IMG/VR virus record: IMGVR_UViG_3300042455_001086
Location: 186,001-250,000 of that record
DNA: 64,000 nt
Reading direction: 5' to 3' (one strand)
Positions 22,139 through 31,159 of this stretch are shown one piece after another (the stretch's first letter is position 1; each line of letters opens with the position of its first letter). The position numbers were made by a program, and so were the translations under genes. The notes below the pieces were generated by a model. That model was not told the origin of the DNA. It ran no database searches and was given only the letters and a program-made list of their open reading frames with translations.

Positions 22139-22171
22139 ATATGGGTGCATTGTATATAAACACACCCATAT
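22139..22171 (-). terminator. Stem-loop between SSB and UvsX genes (terminator or processing site)
   Basis: Inverted repeat ATATGGGTG...CACCCATAT, followed on the minus strand by TTTCTT. Confidence 0.45.
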
Positions 22172-22184
22172 TTATTTTTAATAT

Positions 22185-23051
22185 TTAGAATGGTAATTCC
22201 TCGTCGATGTCGTCATCAGCTTGTGGGTCAAGAACTTTAACTTCTTCTTTAGTTTTTGAACCTCCAATAGTTACTTCACTTTCTTCGGTATTTGAGAAAA
22301 TATACTTTCCTGCGTCAGAATCCCATCTTGGTGTTTCACCACGAGCAATTGCTTCAAGGTATTCTGTTGGTTTTTTAGAATAAACATCTTCCCAGGTTAG
22401 TTCATCTTCAATCCAACTTGTCATTGTTTCATCATCTTCGTGAACCGGAGATGGATCATCATACATAACCGTTTGGATTACGGTGTAGAACGCACCTTTT
22501 GGTGTTTTTGCCTTTGTTAATTCAAGGATAAGGTCTCTTCCTTTTTCAGCGTCAGCAACATCACCTTTTGCTTTGTAAATTGGAATGATTTTATCAAAAA
22601 TTCCTTCTTGCTTGTAATTGTGTTTAAATCTCCAGAATTTAGGGCCATCTTGTTCGTTGTCACGATCAATTACTTTAACAATATAAAACTTACGAGGTTT
22701 GTATTGTTTTGCAAGTTCTTTGTCTGATTCTTTACCAGTTGACATAAGAACATCATAAACTTCACTCAATGGTGAACGCTCATTGTCATTTTTTGCTGGG
22801 TCATAAAACTTCTGCCATTTACCATCAACCAAGATTTCGTGAAACCATACTTCTTTGAATGGTGAAGATCCGTCTGGTGTAGGAAGGATTCGGATTCTTT
22901 TTTGTGCTTGCTTTTCGTTGTCTTTAAGTATCGCAGCAAAATACTTTTTCATTCTTTCTTCTTGAGACATCTTTGCAGTGGAAGAAGAACCACTTTGTTT
23001 TGAGCTTTCATACTGAGCCAAAACCGCATCTAAAACATTGTTTGTCGCCAT
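22185..23051 (-). CDS. Single-stranded DNA-binding protein (T4 gp32-like)
   Basis: IRILP...PFKEVWFH, YIVKVIDRD, GPKFWRF, GRDLIL and acidic tail DDDIDEELPF. Confidence 0.85.
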   Translation of the reverse strand: MATNNVLDAVLAQYESSKQSGSSSTAKMSQEERMKKYFAAILKDNEKQAQKRIRILPTPDGSSPFKEVWFHEILVDGKWQKFYDPAKNDNERSPLSEVYDVLMSTGKESDKELAKQYKPRKFYIVKVIDRDNEQDGPKFWRFKHNYKQEGIFDKIIPIYKAKGDVADAEKGRDLILELTKAKTPKGAFYTVIQTVMYDDPSPVHEDDETMTSWIEDELTWEDVYSKKPTEYLEAIARGETPRWDSDAGKYIFSNTEESEVTIGGSKTKEEVKVLDPQADDDIDEELPF

Positions 23052-23082
23052 ATATATTATTTATTAAAGTTTTATAATAGAA

Positions 23083-23111
23083 AGTATAATTAAAATTTGT
23101 GTCGCAGTCAA
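23083..23111 (-). promoter_or_regulatory. Sigma70-type promoter for the SSB/UvsX/MTase replication operon
   Basis: Minus strand TTGACT-N17-TATACT, directly after a terminator and about 30 nt before the SSB ATG. Confidence 0.65.
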
Positions 23112-23123
23112 TAAGTTAAAATT

Positions 23124-23156
23124 AAAAAAATGAGAGGGACTTAAATGTCCCTCTCA
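23124..23156 (-). terminator. Rho-independent terminator ending the tail operon
   Basis: Perfect 10-bp stem TGAGAGGGAC/GTCCCTCTCA followed by T7 on the minus strand. Confidence 0.8.
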
Positions 23157-23161
23157 AAATA

Positions 23162-23848
23162 TCACATCATATCTTTTTCGTCTTGATCGTATTCTTCAAA
23201 AGAATCTTCAATCTCATTTGAAGAATATTGTTTAACATCGTCAACTGTTAATTCGTATTCTTTTCCGGTTTTTTCAAATTCTTGTTCTTTATCTGTAAAA
23301 AAATCAGACAACTTTTGATTAAATGGTCCTGAATCTAAAGTTCTCAATTCTAACTTTTCTTTATTTGTTTTAGGTCTCATTTTTTCAATTTTAGTTTCTA
23401 AACCATCAATCTTTGTGACCAATTGATCCATTTCTGATAATTTATCTTCTAATGATTTTAGTTGGCCAAATAATTGGTCAAAATATTCATCTTGTTTATC
23501 TTTAATTGAGTTCTGTGTATCAACAAGATCTGTTATTTCTAATTCTTCTTTTTCTGATTTTCCTTCATCATCTACAACTTCAACCTCATCATCAGCTTCA
23601 ACATCAACTGGAGCCGCTGGTGCTGGTGGTATCGTAGCCGCTGGGTCTGCTGGTGCTACTGCTGGATCTACTGGAGCTGCAGTTGGGTCTGCTGGTGCTG
23701 CCATAGGATCTACTGGGGCTGCCATAGGGTCTGCTGGTGGTGCTCCCGCTGCCGCCGGATCTGCCATAGGATCTTCTTGTTCAACAATATATTGATTGAT
23801 TTTTTTAAATCTTTTAATTTCTTCTAATATTTTAGTATCAATACCCAT
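23162..23848 (-). CDS. Acidic protein with Pro/Ala repeats and coiled coil (possible scaffold or internal head protein)
   Basis: DPxAAP(A/V) repeats, acidic coiled-coil C-terminal half, N-terminal KILEEIKR...IVE. Confidence 0.55.
   Translation of the reverse strand: MGIDTKILEEIKRFKKINQYIVEQEDPMADPAAAGAPPADPMAAPVDPMAAPADPTAAPVDPAVAPADPAATIPPAPAAPVDVEADDEVEVVDDEGKSEKEELEITDLVDTQNSIKDKQDEYFDQLFGQLKSLEDKLSEMDQLVTKIDGLETKIEKMRPKTNKEKLELRTLDSGPFNQKLSDFFTDKEQEFEKTGKEYELTVDDVKQYSSNEIEDSFEEYDQDEKDMM
23610..23775 (-). repeat. Imperfect 21-nt (7-aa) tandem repeat DP(M/T/A)AAP(A/V)
   Basis: ADPMAAPVDPMAAPADPTAAPVDPAVAPADPAA in the translation; locally GC-rich DNA. Confidence 0.8.
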
Positions 23849-23850
23849 TT

Positions 23851-24078
23851 CTATCCGTTTAATAATGTTTTTATTCCTGTAGTTGTTTCAACTTGGATTT
23901 TTTTATTTGTTCTCATTGTATTATCAACTCTTTCAATAAGACCATCTTTTTCTTTAACGACATAACAATCTCCAGTATCTAAATCACATACTTGTTTCAT
24001 TCCGTTACCCAATTCTTTTTCTGACATTCTGGTATTTTTACCCAAATAATTGTCTAATATTAATTTAGTATTATTCAT
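23851..24078 (-). CDS. Small hypothetical protein (75 aa)
   Basis: ORF with upstream TATTTAT motif; VCDLDTGDC. Confidence 0.6.
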   Translation of the reverse strand: MNNTKLILDNYLGKNTRMSEKELGNGMKQVCDLDTGDCYVVKEKDGLIERVDNTMRTNKKIQVETTTGIKTLLNG

Positions 24079-24119
24079 ATTTTTTTTATTATAAATATCT
24101 TATATTTTAAAAAAAACTA

Positions 24120-27100
24120 TTAACTATTCACTGAATTAAATAAATCATTAGCTTTTTCTAACGCATTTTCCAATTTTTTCTTATCTTGTTCGGTTAATTT
24201 GTCATAGACATTACCATTTCTAATTACAGGCCAAGAAGAAACATAAATTTTAATTATGTTTTGTGGTGATTTATCGCTCAAAAAACTCTTTAATATAGCT
24301 GGTGATTTTGATATTACAAAATCAAGATATTTTGCCGTAGAAGTAAATTTTACCATTGGTATATCTTTAATTGTTCCTCTATTCACACAATAATAATTTT
24401 TATCAACAAATGAAATAAATTCAGGACCATAGGTTTGATCTAATGAAACTGAAGAAAAATTATTATCATAAGCTTTAAAATTATTTCCACTACCAGAATC
24501 CATATGAATTAAAATAAATAACAATTGTCTTAAACGAACTTCTTCTTCTGATTGTGCTTTATAACCATTAGCCCTTACTTTATCTCGCAATAAGACATTA
24601 AATTCTTTTGCTGCTATTGTTATTAAACTTGGATTTGCGACATTTGTAAATCCTTGGTAATTAGGGTTTAGTTTTGAAGAGCAATTTTGATTTGTTGTTA
24701 GTGTGTCTTTTTCAGAAACGGTGGAAATAACATTGTTTAATTGTGTAATTACATTTCCACTTGATGATGTTTGAGCAATTTCTTTTTTCTGTAACTGATC
24801 TTTCAATTTATCAATTATTTTAAAACTTAACGCCTGAATAAAATTATCTACTTTTGGTAAATCATAGAACGGTTGTCTTGTCCCTGTGATACTTGTTTTA
24901 AAATCACCCTCACTTATACTATGTGATATTTTTGTAATCATATATGGTCCACTAAACATCGGAACATTTCTTAAATTAAAATACATCATTGGTTGCATTA
25001 AAGCATTACCCATCATATCAAGTGTGCATTCATAACTTCTATTTTTATATATATTGTATAGTGATACACTTTGGGAACCAGTTCCTCTATTTCTACTAGA
25101 GTTCGCCATTTGGTTTATCATTTCGAGTGATTCCGCTGTTGGTTTTCCAACACTTTGTTGTAAATTGATTTGATAAAATATCTGTTGATTTTGATTACTA
25201 AAATCAACATTGAAACCACAAACCTTATTTGATTTATCCCAATTTGTCTTATTTAATTGATTTTCAAGTAATGGATTGTCACTAGCTCTCCTTAAATCAA
25301 ATGCGTCGTCTCTAAATTTATAATCCGCATTATCATTCATCGCAAGGTGATTACTTGGGACACTTTTATAATAACACAAATATTTTGGTGATGTATTTCG
25401 ATAATCAACATTTAAGAATGTTCCCCACATTGAGCTTGCAAATTCTGTGGTTCCTTCTGGTTGTGGAACTGGATTTTTGACAACTTCTTGTGCATTATAA
25501 AAATTACTATAAGCGGGAAGTGGGAAGAAACCAAAATTATTATCAACTAAAATTGTTTTAATCAAATTTTCCATTTTATTGTTTGGTAATGATGTTTCTA
25601 TCAAATCTTTAATTTTAAAAATATCACAAAGAACTTTCTGTCCAACATCTCTACAAGCCCTATCAAATAATAGAATGTCCTCAAACAATGTTTTTGTTTT
25701 AAGGTCAAGACCAGAAATCCAAGTATCATTTAATGATTTGAAAGAATCCCATAGTTCATCCCTACTTTGATCACCAACTAATGGCGCTTTTTGATCTGGA
25801 TTTTGTTTTACAATTGAAACATCTGGTAATTCATTTCGTATTCCAGTCATTAAATCATTTATCACATTTGTGAGATACAACTCACAAGTATCTATATATG
25901 TGTTCATAAGTGTAAAAAACTTTGACACATTCATTGTTGGATCTAATAATTTTTGTGTCGCATATAATTTAATTATTGGTGCAAAATCTTTTACATTTTT
26001 TTGTGAAAACTGAACATTCATATCAACAAAGAAATCTGTTATATATGAACCATTATCACTATATTTTAATTCTGGTATTTCAGAAAAACCAACATAATAC
26101 TCTAAATCTTTCCAAGTTTCTGGATATGCCGCTTTTGATTGTGCTAAAGTAACTGTTCCTCCGGATGTTGGTAAAAACCCTGCCATACTTTGGTTATATC
26201 CTTGATATGATATTGGTTCTTCAATAAATTTTGTTGAAAATGTATAAAATAATCTTTTATCAAACATCGTTGGGTTTCCAAATCTAAACACCGTGTCATA
26301 AGTCATTAAACTATTAAATAATGATTGAAAATTTAAATTTTGTTTTGTTATAACCTCATCAATTAACCCTTCGGTCCCAATTGAAGTTGGTTTTTCAATC
26401 TTCATTAATAACCTCATAAAATACTGAAAGTTTTTTATTGCTATTTCAGTTTCAGTTTCTTCACCTTCTTCAGCGGCAATTACTGTTTTGTAATCATATA
26501 TTGATCTACTATAATTTAAAAACTCCTCTTCAAACGCATCTAAAACTTTTGTTTCAAATGTTGTAAAAATTTCAGATATTTTAGTGTATTTTGATTTATC
26601 TCCACTTATTGAGAAATTTTCTTGTATTTTTTTATCATTAAAAATTTGTTTCAAATATGAGTCTGGGTCTGGTATTTGTAATTTACCATTATCAAAATAT
26701 CCGTAATTTGGCGCACCCCAGAACATTCTAGCGGAACCATTAAATACCGCAGTGTTTCCGGTGATTTCTAGTTTTAAACTTCCATTTTTGAAACACTCAT
26801 CCCCAACTTGATTTTTTACATTACCAAAAGATGGTAATACATAATATTTATCTTCGTTTGTGAATTTTGATAATACAGACCAAGGTGTTAGGTTTAAATT
26901 TCTATTTGGGTTATTTGGGTCAAAACCAGTTGTCTTTATAATTTTAGAATTTATGTTTGTTGTTAATACCAATTTTTTATTATCAATTAAAGTTTGGACT
27001 TCAGCTTGACCATACCCAGATGTTTGTGAGTTGGTTACAAAAAAATCGGCAGGTGTTGACACAAAAAATGTTGCACCAGAATAATTTTGTGGTGTATCTA

Positions 27101-30100
27101 TTGTATAAACCAAATTAGGGTTTGAGCTTCCGGTTATTTTAGAAACTATTTTAGTCCCTGGTATGATATTAGGGCCTGCAATTGTTGCATTAACATCTAA
27201 TGTTCCACCAGTTATAAAAGTAAGTTCAAGTGTTGTTCCAGATATATTACAAGTTCCGTTTATTTTATCTAAATTTTGAGATGGTGTGATTTGATAAATC
27301 CCAGGTCCCCCGGTTGCACCACTTAATTGTGATACAATTGTTGTATCTAAATCTATACTAGGGCCAGATAGTTTATATCCGGGGGTTAATGTATTGTCAT
27401 TTACCGTATATACAACCATTGTATTATTAAACACATCACAGGTTCCGTTTAATTGTGTAGATCCACTAAACAATTTTAAACCTTGTAAAAATACATTCAT
27501 ATCATCAATAAGTTTTGGATAAAACCCTGTATTAACATATGTTGTGTATGCTCCAGTTCCAAAATTTTGACTTAAAACAATATTTCGTTGTGTCCCATCA
27601 ATACTTAAATTGTATGTTTTTGTTGTTGCAGAATTTACCGGATCATAATTTGATAAATAATTAAAATCTTTCCAAGAATTATCCAATATGTCTTTTCCTT
27701 CTCTATTCCAAGTTTTATATCTGTGCCAAATTGACCCATATTTTAATATCCAAACATAAGGTAATTTATGAACCCCACCAAACTTTTTAAGTGTTGATAC
27801 AATATAATCCAAATCTTCGGAAGCGTCCTTTGTTTTAAATCTTTCTCTCAATGTCGCAATTGGTAAGCTATTAATAAAAAGATATGCTGCCGCCTTATAT
27901 GGACTTAAATCATTTGACTTATATCTAAAGTTAAACACACCATTTTGTATTGCATTTATAAAATATGGTGTATTCATTATTGATGTTGTTTGATTTTCAC
28001 TCAAATAACCATTATATCCTGAATAATTTATATTCCCTTCGGTTATGAACTGATTTTCAAATTTTCTATTATTATAAAATTCTTTAAGGTTTGAATTTAT
28101 CGTTTGATTAAAAATGTCTGGGGTATAATTAAAATTTGTAATAGGTCTTTTTGTATCTGTCGTATCATCACTTTTAAAGTTTGTAATTGTTTTTTGTATT
28201 GTATTATAGTGTAGTATTTTATTTGTATTAAAAATCTCATTAACACCATTTATTCCATTACCATTTGCCAAATAATTTTTACACCAATCAAGATTTGTAA
28301 TTGGATACATATCCGTAAAATCAAACTGATTACTATATGTTTTAACCTGAATATAGTCTTCAATTTTACTTTGTTGTGTTGCTGAAACATTTGGTTGTGA
28401 TGATGGACTTAACAATATGTTTTTGTTAAATAACTGAAATGGTGTGTTTGTTTTATTTTTTATGTATGGTGTAACAAATTCACCTCGTATAAATTTTTGC
28501 CAACTTTCTCCTTCACCTTGATTTGAAATGTGTCTTAAAAATGTCTGATAATTATTTCCATCAATTAGATATTGTTTTAATTTTTTAATTAAAAATGGAT
28601 TATCGCTACCCAATGCCTTCAAAGCATTTATTTTTTCATTTTCAGATTCTACCAAATAAACGCTTGATTGATAACCATCAACTCTACTTAATTTAGAAAA
28701 GAATGTATTAACCATAACCCTTTCATAAATTTCATAATAAAATTTTACTTCTTCTTTGTTTTGGAAAACTTCATTAGATACAGGGAAATCAATAGCATTT
28801 AAACTCAATCTCAAAGGTTGTTGTTCTGAATTATTTGAATCACCCAAATCTGGTTCTGGTGCTTCCCTTTCAATAAAACCTTTAATATATTCTTCAACAA
28901 ATTCAACCTCCGGCCATAATTCCGGAATATACGCTTTTGTAATTGATGATAGTTTTGGATCACCTGGATATTTTAATGCAAACTTTTCTTGTGAATCATC
29001 ACCTTGATTTTCCAAAATAATTTGTGGCCAAGGATAAATTGGTTCTGTTGCTTGTTGTGCGTTTTTAACATCAACACTTTGTGCTGTTGTTGTTCCAAAT
29101 ACGGAAGCTCTCCTATATGGATCATCTCTTACTTCCCATGCGGCATTATGAACATCATCCATTAATCTTAAAAATGCTTCACCTTGAGCAAAGAAAACGG
29201 CAAGTATGTTTCTAACGGTTGGTTTAAAACCAATACCACTATCTTTTCTAGCTAATTGTTCAGCTAAATTATCTGTAATTTGTTTTTCAATTTCAGTTCT
29301 TAAAGTTGTAACTTCTTTAGCCGCTTGGTTACAAATATCGTTAAATGTTCCTTTTCCATCAAAAACAAAATATTGACTTGTTGGTATTTCAAGTGATTTG
29401 GCAAGTGCAAATTCTTGAACTAAAGTTCCACCAGTTGTCGTTTTACCATAAGCCTCATTAAACGATTTAGTAAAATCAACATCATTAACGGTTATTGTTT
29501 TGTAAAATTTATCTATTGTAACATTCACCGGAACCTGACTTTTTGTTTGTTTTCCCCCAACAGTATAACTTCCGTTTTTACCAGCAACACTATTTGATTC
29601 TAGTCTTTTTGTAAAATCTTTTATTATACCATCCAATTCTGTTATTGCATCAGTTTTTTTCTGAGCTGTATCATAATCTTTTTTGAATGTGAAAACTTTT
29701 GTATTATCGGTTAATACTAATGGAAATTTGAAATCCATATATGTTCTATACCAAGAACTACCATCAAAGAATACTTTCTTTTGGAATTCTGTAAGTAATG
29801 TTTGAAAATTTTCAAGTTCGGTTAATGATCCTAGATTTTCTTTTGTAAATTTTTCTAAAATATCTTTTATAAAAGTATCTAACTTACTTTTAAGTTGAAA
29901 CAAACTGTATTCTGGAAAATCATCATCAATTAAACCTTTTGATTTATATTCCGAATATAATTCTTTCATTTTTTGATACCCTCTTGATACAGCAACTGGT
30001 TTTACATTATCAGAAGCTTGTTTTGATACACCATTTGTTGGTGTTGGACTACCTTGTGATACTTGTCCGGTGTTTACAAATGAATTATACATATGAGGAA

Positions 30101-30845
30101 CTGCCAACATATGTCCCCAATTTATATAGGACATTACACCATATTTATATCCATATAATTTCAAAGTTATTTTAAAATTTCCAGATGTACCGTCAAATGT
30201 TGAGTTGAATGTTTGCAACATTAAGGGCATTCTTACCGCTTTCCCATAATAACCCTTTAATGTTAAATAAAATATTGGGTATGGTAATTGGAAAAAAGCA
30301 GCATATGGTGAATTATTACCACCCTCAAATAAACCTCTACCTTTAACATCTTCTAATTGAATTGTTACTTGTGGATAAAAATTAGTATCAATTGCAACTT
30401 CAATACCCTTAATACCCAATAGTCCATTATCAACAGCACCAGGTGTTCCGTTTGAGTATAGTGATTGTGTTATATAATAATCATCGGATTTTTTTGGGTT
30501 TTTAACCGCATTTAGTTTAGGTTGATTTACACCCTCACCCTTAATCGCACCCTTACCTGTAATCTCATCAGTCCAGTTATTATTTAAAAATGTTTTAAAA
30601 CCCGGATTTAAAAAGTTTATTTTTCCAACAGAAATTGTTCTTACATTATCATTCAATGGAGCACCAATAGCAAGTTTTGTTCTAGGCACAACACTACATT
30701 CAAGGTTAGCATACATAACCAAGTTTTCTTGCTTAACTAACCTATCTCTTACTTTACCATCTTGATCTATTACTTTATTTGGGTCTATAAGGGATATGTT
30801 GTCGTAATCAAATTCTACTAAAATATTTTCTCCATTATCTACCAT
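24120..30845 (-). CDS. Large baseplate hub-like protein (2241 aa; gp27/gpD-like termini)
   Basis: N-terminal LLGIKGIEV...PQVTIQLEDVKG...PYPIFYLTLKGYYG and C-terminal CTLDMMGNALMQP...FSGPYMITKISHSISEGDFKTSITGTRQ resemble hub proteins; follows the gp53-like gene. Confidence 0.6.
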   Translation of the reverse strand: MVDNGENILVEFDYDNISLIDPNKVIDQDGKVRDRLVKQENLVMYANLECSVVPRTKLAIGAPLNDNVRTISVGKINFLNPGFKTFLNNNWTDEITGKGAIKGEGVNQPKLNAVKNPKKSDDYYITQSLYSNGTPGAVDNGLLGIKGIEVAIDTNFYPQVTIQLEDVKGRGLFEGGNNSPYAAFFQLPYPIFYLTLKGYYGKAVRMPLMLQTFNSTFDGTSGNFKITLKLYGYKYGVMSYINWGHMLAVPHMYNSFVNTGQVSQGSPTPTNGVSKQASDNVKPVAVSRGYQKMKELYSEYKSKGLIDDDFPEYSLFQLKSKLDTFIKDILEKFTKENLGSLTELENFQTLLTEFQKKVFFDGSSWYRTYMDFKFPLVLTDNTKVFTFKKDYDTAQKKTDAITELDGIIKDFTKRLESNSVAGKNGSYTVGGKQTKSQVPVNVTIDKFYKTITVNDVDFTKSFNEAYGKTTTGGTLVQEFALAKSLEIPTSQYFVFDGKGTFNDICNQAAKEVTTLRTEIEKQITDNLAEQLARKDSGIGFKPTVRNILAVFFAQGEAFLRLMDDVHNAAWEVRDDPYRRASVFGTTTAQSVDVKNAQQATEPIYPWPQIILENQGDDSQEKFALKYPGDPKLSSITKAYIPELWPEVEFVEEYIKGFIEREAPEPDLGDSNNSEQQPLRLSLNAIDFPVSNEVFQNKEEVKFYYEIYERVMVNTFFSKLSRVDGYQSSVYLVESENEKINALKALGSDNPFLIKKLKQYLIDGNNYQTFLRHISNQGEGESWQKFIRGEFVTPYIKNKTNTPFQLFNKNILLSPSSQPNVSATQQSKIEDYIQVKTYSNQFDFTDMYPITNLDWCKNYLANGNGINGVNEIFNTNKILHYNTIQKTITNFKSDDTTDTKRPITNFNYTPDIFNQTINSNLKEFYNNRKFENQFITEGNINYSGYNGYLSENQTTSIMNTPYFINAIQNGVFNFRYKSNDLSPYKAAAYLFINSLPIATLRERFKTKDASEDLDYIVSTLKKFGGVHKLPYVWILKYGSIWHRYKTWNREGKDILDNSWKDFNYLSNYDPVNSATTKTYNLSIDGTQRNIVLSQNFGTGAYTTYVNTGFYPKLIDDMNVFLQGLKLFSGSTQLNGTCDVFNNTMVVYTVNDNTLTPGYKLSGPSIDLDTTIVSQLSGATGGPGIYQITPSQNLDKINGTCNISGTTLELTFITGGTLDVNATIAGPNIIPGTKIVSKITGSSNPNLVYTIDTPQNYSGATFFVSTPADFFVTNSQTSGYGQAEVQTLIDNKKLVLTTNINSKIIKTTGFDPNNPNRNLNLTPWSVLSKFTNEDKYYVLPSFGNVKNQVGDECFKNGSLKLEITGNTAVFNGSARMFWGAPNYGYFDNGKLQIPDPDSYLKQIFNDKKIQENFSISGDKSKYTKISEIFTTFETKVLDAFEEEFLNYSRSIYDYKTVIAAEEGEETETEIAIKNFQYFMRLLMKIEKPTSIGTEGLIDEVITKQNLNFQSLFNSLMTYDTVFRFGNPTMFDKRLFYTFSTKFIEEPISYQGYNQSMAGFLPTSGGTVTLAQSKAAYPETWKDLEYYVGFSEIPELKYSDNGSYITDFFVDMNVQFSQKNVKDFAPIIKLYATQKLLDPTMNVSKFFTLMNTYIDTCELYLTNVINDLMTGIRNELPDVSIVKQNPDQKAPLVGDQSRDELWDSFKSLNDTWISGLDLKTKTLFEDILLFDRACRDVGQKVLCDIFKIKDLIETSLPNNKMENLIKTILVDNNFGFFPLPAYSNFYNAQEVVKNPVPQPEGTTEFASSMWGTFLNVDYRNTSPKYLCYYKSVPSNHLAMNDNADYKFRDDAFDLRRASDNPLLENQLNKTNWDKSNKVCGFNVDFSNQNQQIFYQINLQQSVGKPTAESLEMINQMANSSRNRGTGSQSVSLYNIYKNRSYECTLDMMGNALMQPMMYFNLRNVPMFSGPYMITKISHSISEGDFKTSITGTRQPFYDLPKVDNFIQALSFKIIDKLKDQLQKKEIAQTSSSGNVITQLNNVISTVSEKDTLTTNQNCSSKLNPNYQGFTNVANPSLITIAAKEFNVLLRDKVRANGYKAQSEEEVRLRQLLFILIHMDSGSGNNFKAYDNNFSSVSLDQTYGPEFISFVDKNYYCVNRGTIKDIPMVKFTSTAKYLDFVISKSPAILKSFLSDKSPQNIIKIYVSSWPVIRNGNVYDKLTEQDKKKLENALEKANDLFNSVNS

Positions 30846-31158
30846 AATAAAAGAAATGGTTGTTTAATTCGTTATTATAATCTTGTAATGATGTTAGTAA
30901 AGGAAATGGAATTGTCAATATTGCACCATCTGGGATACTCCACTCGGATCCTGAATATTGGGGGTTTGCTTGTTGTATTAACCAACCAAAAAAAGGTGTT
31001 CCATAAAATTGGAAAGATATTTTATCAAGTCTTGATTGCCCAACAATATAAATGTAATTTTTATCTGTTGCTTTTGTTGGTAGGCTAATATATGGGACAA
31101 CTTGTTGTTCTCCATTTACCAAAAATTGACTATATCTGTTGTAATATTGTAGATTCAT
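30835..31158 (-). CDS. Baseplate wedge LysM-like protein (T4 gp53 / P2 gpX-like)
   Basis: SRLDKISFQFYGTPFFGWLIQQANP...IPDGAILTIP. Confidence 0.8.
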   Translation of the reverse strand: MNLQYYNRYSQFLVNGEQQVVPYISLPTKATDKNYIYIVGQSRLDKISFQFYGTPFFGWLIQQANPQYSGSEWSIPDGAILTIPFPLLTSLQDYNNELNNHFFYYGR

Positions 31159-31159
31159 C

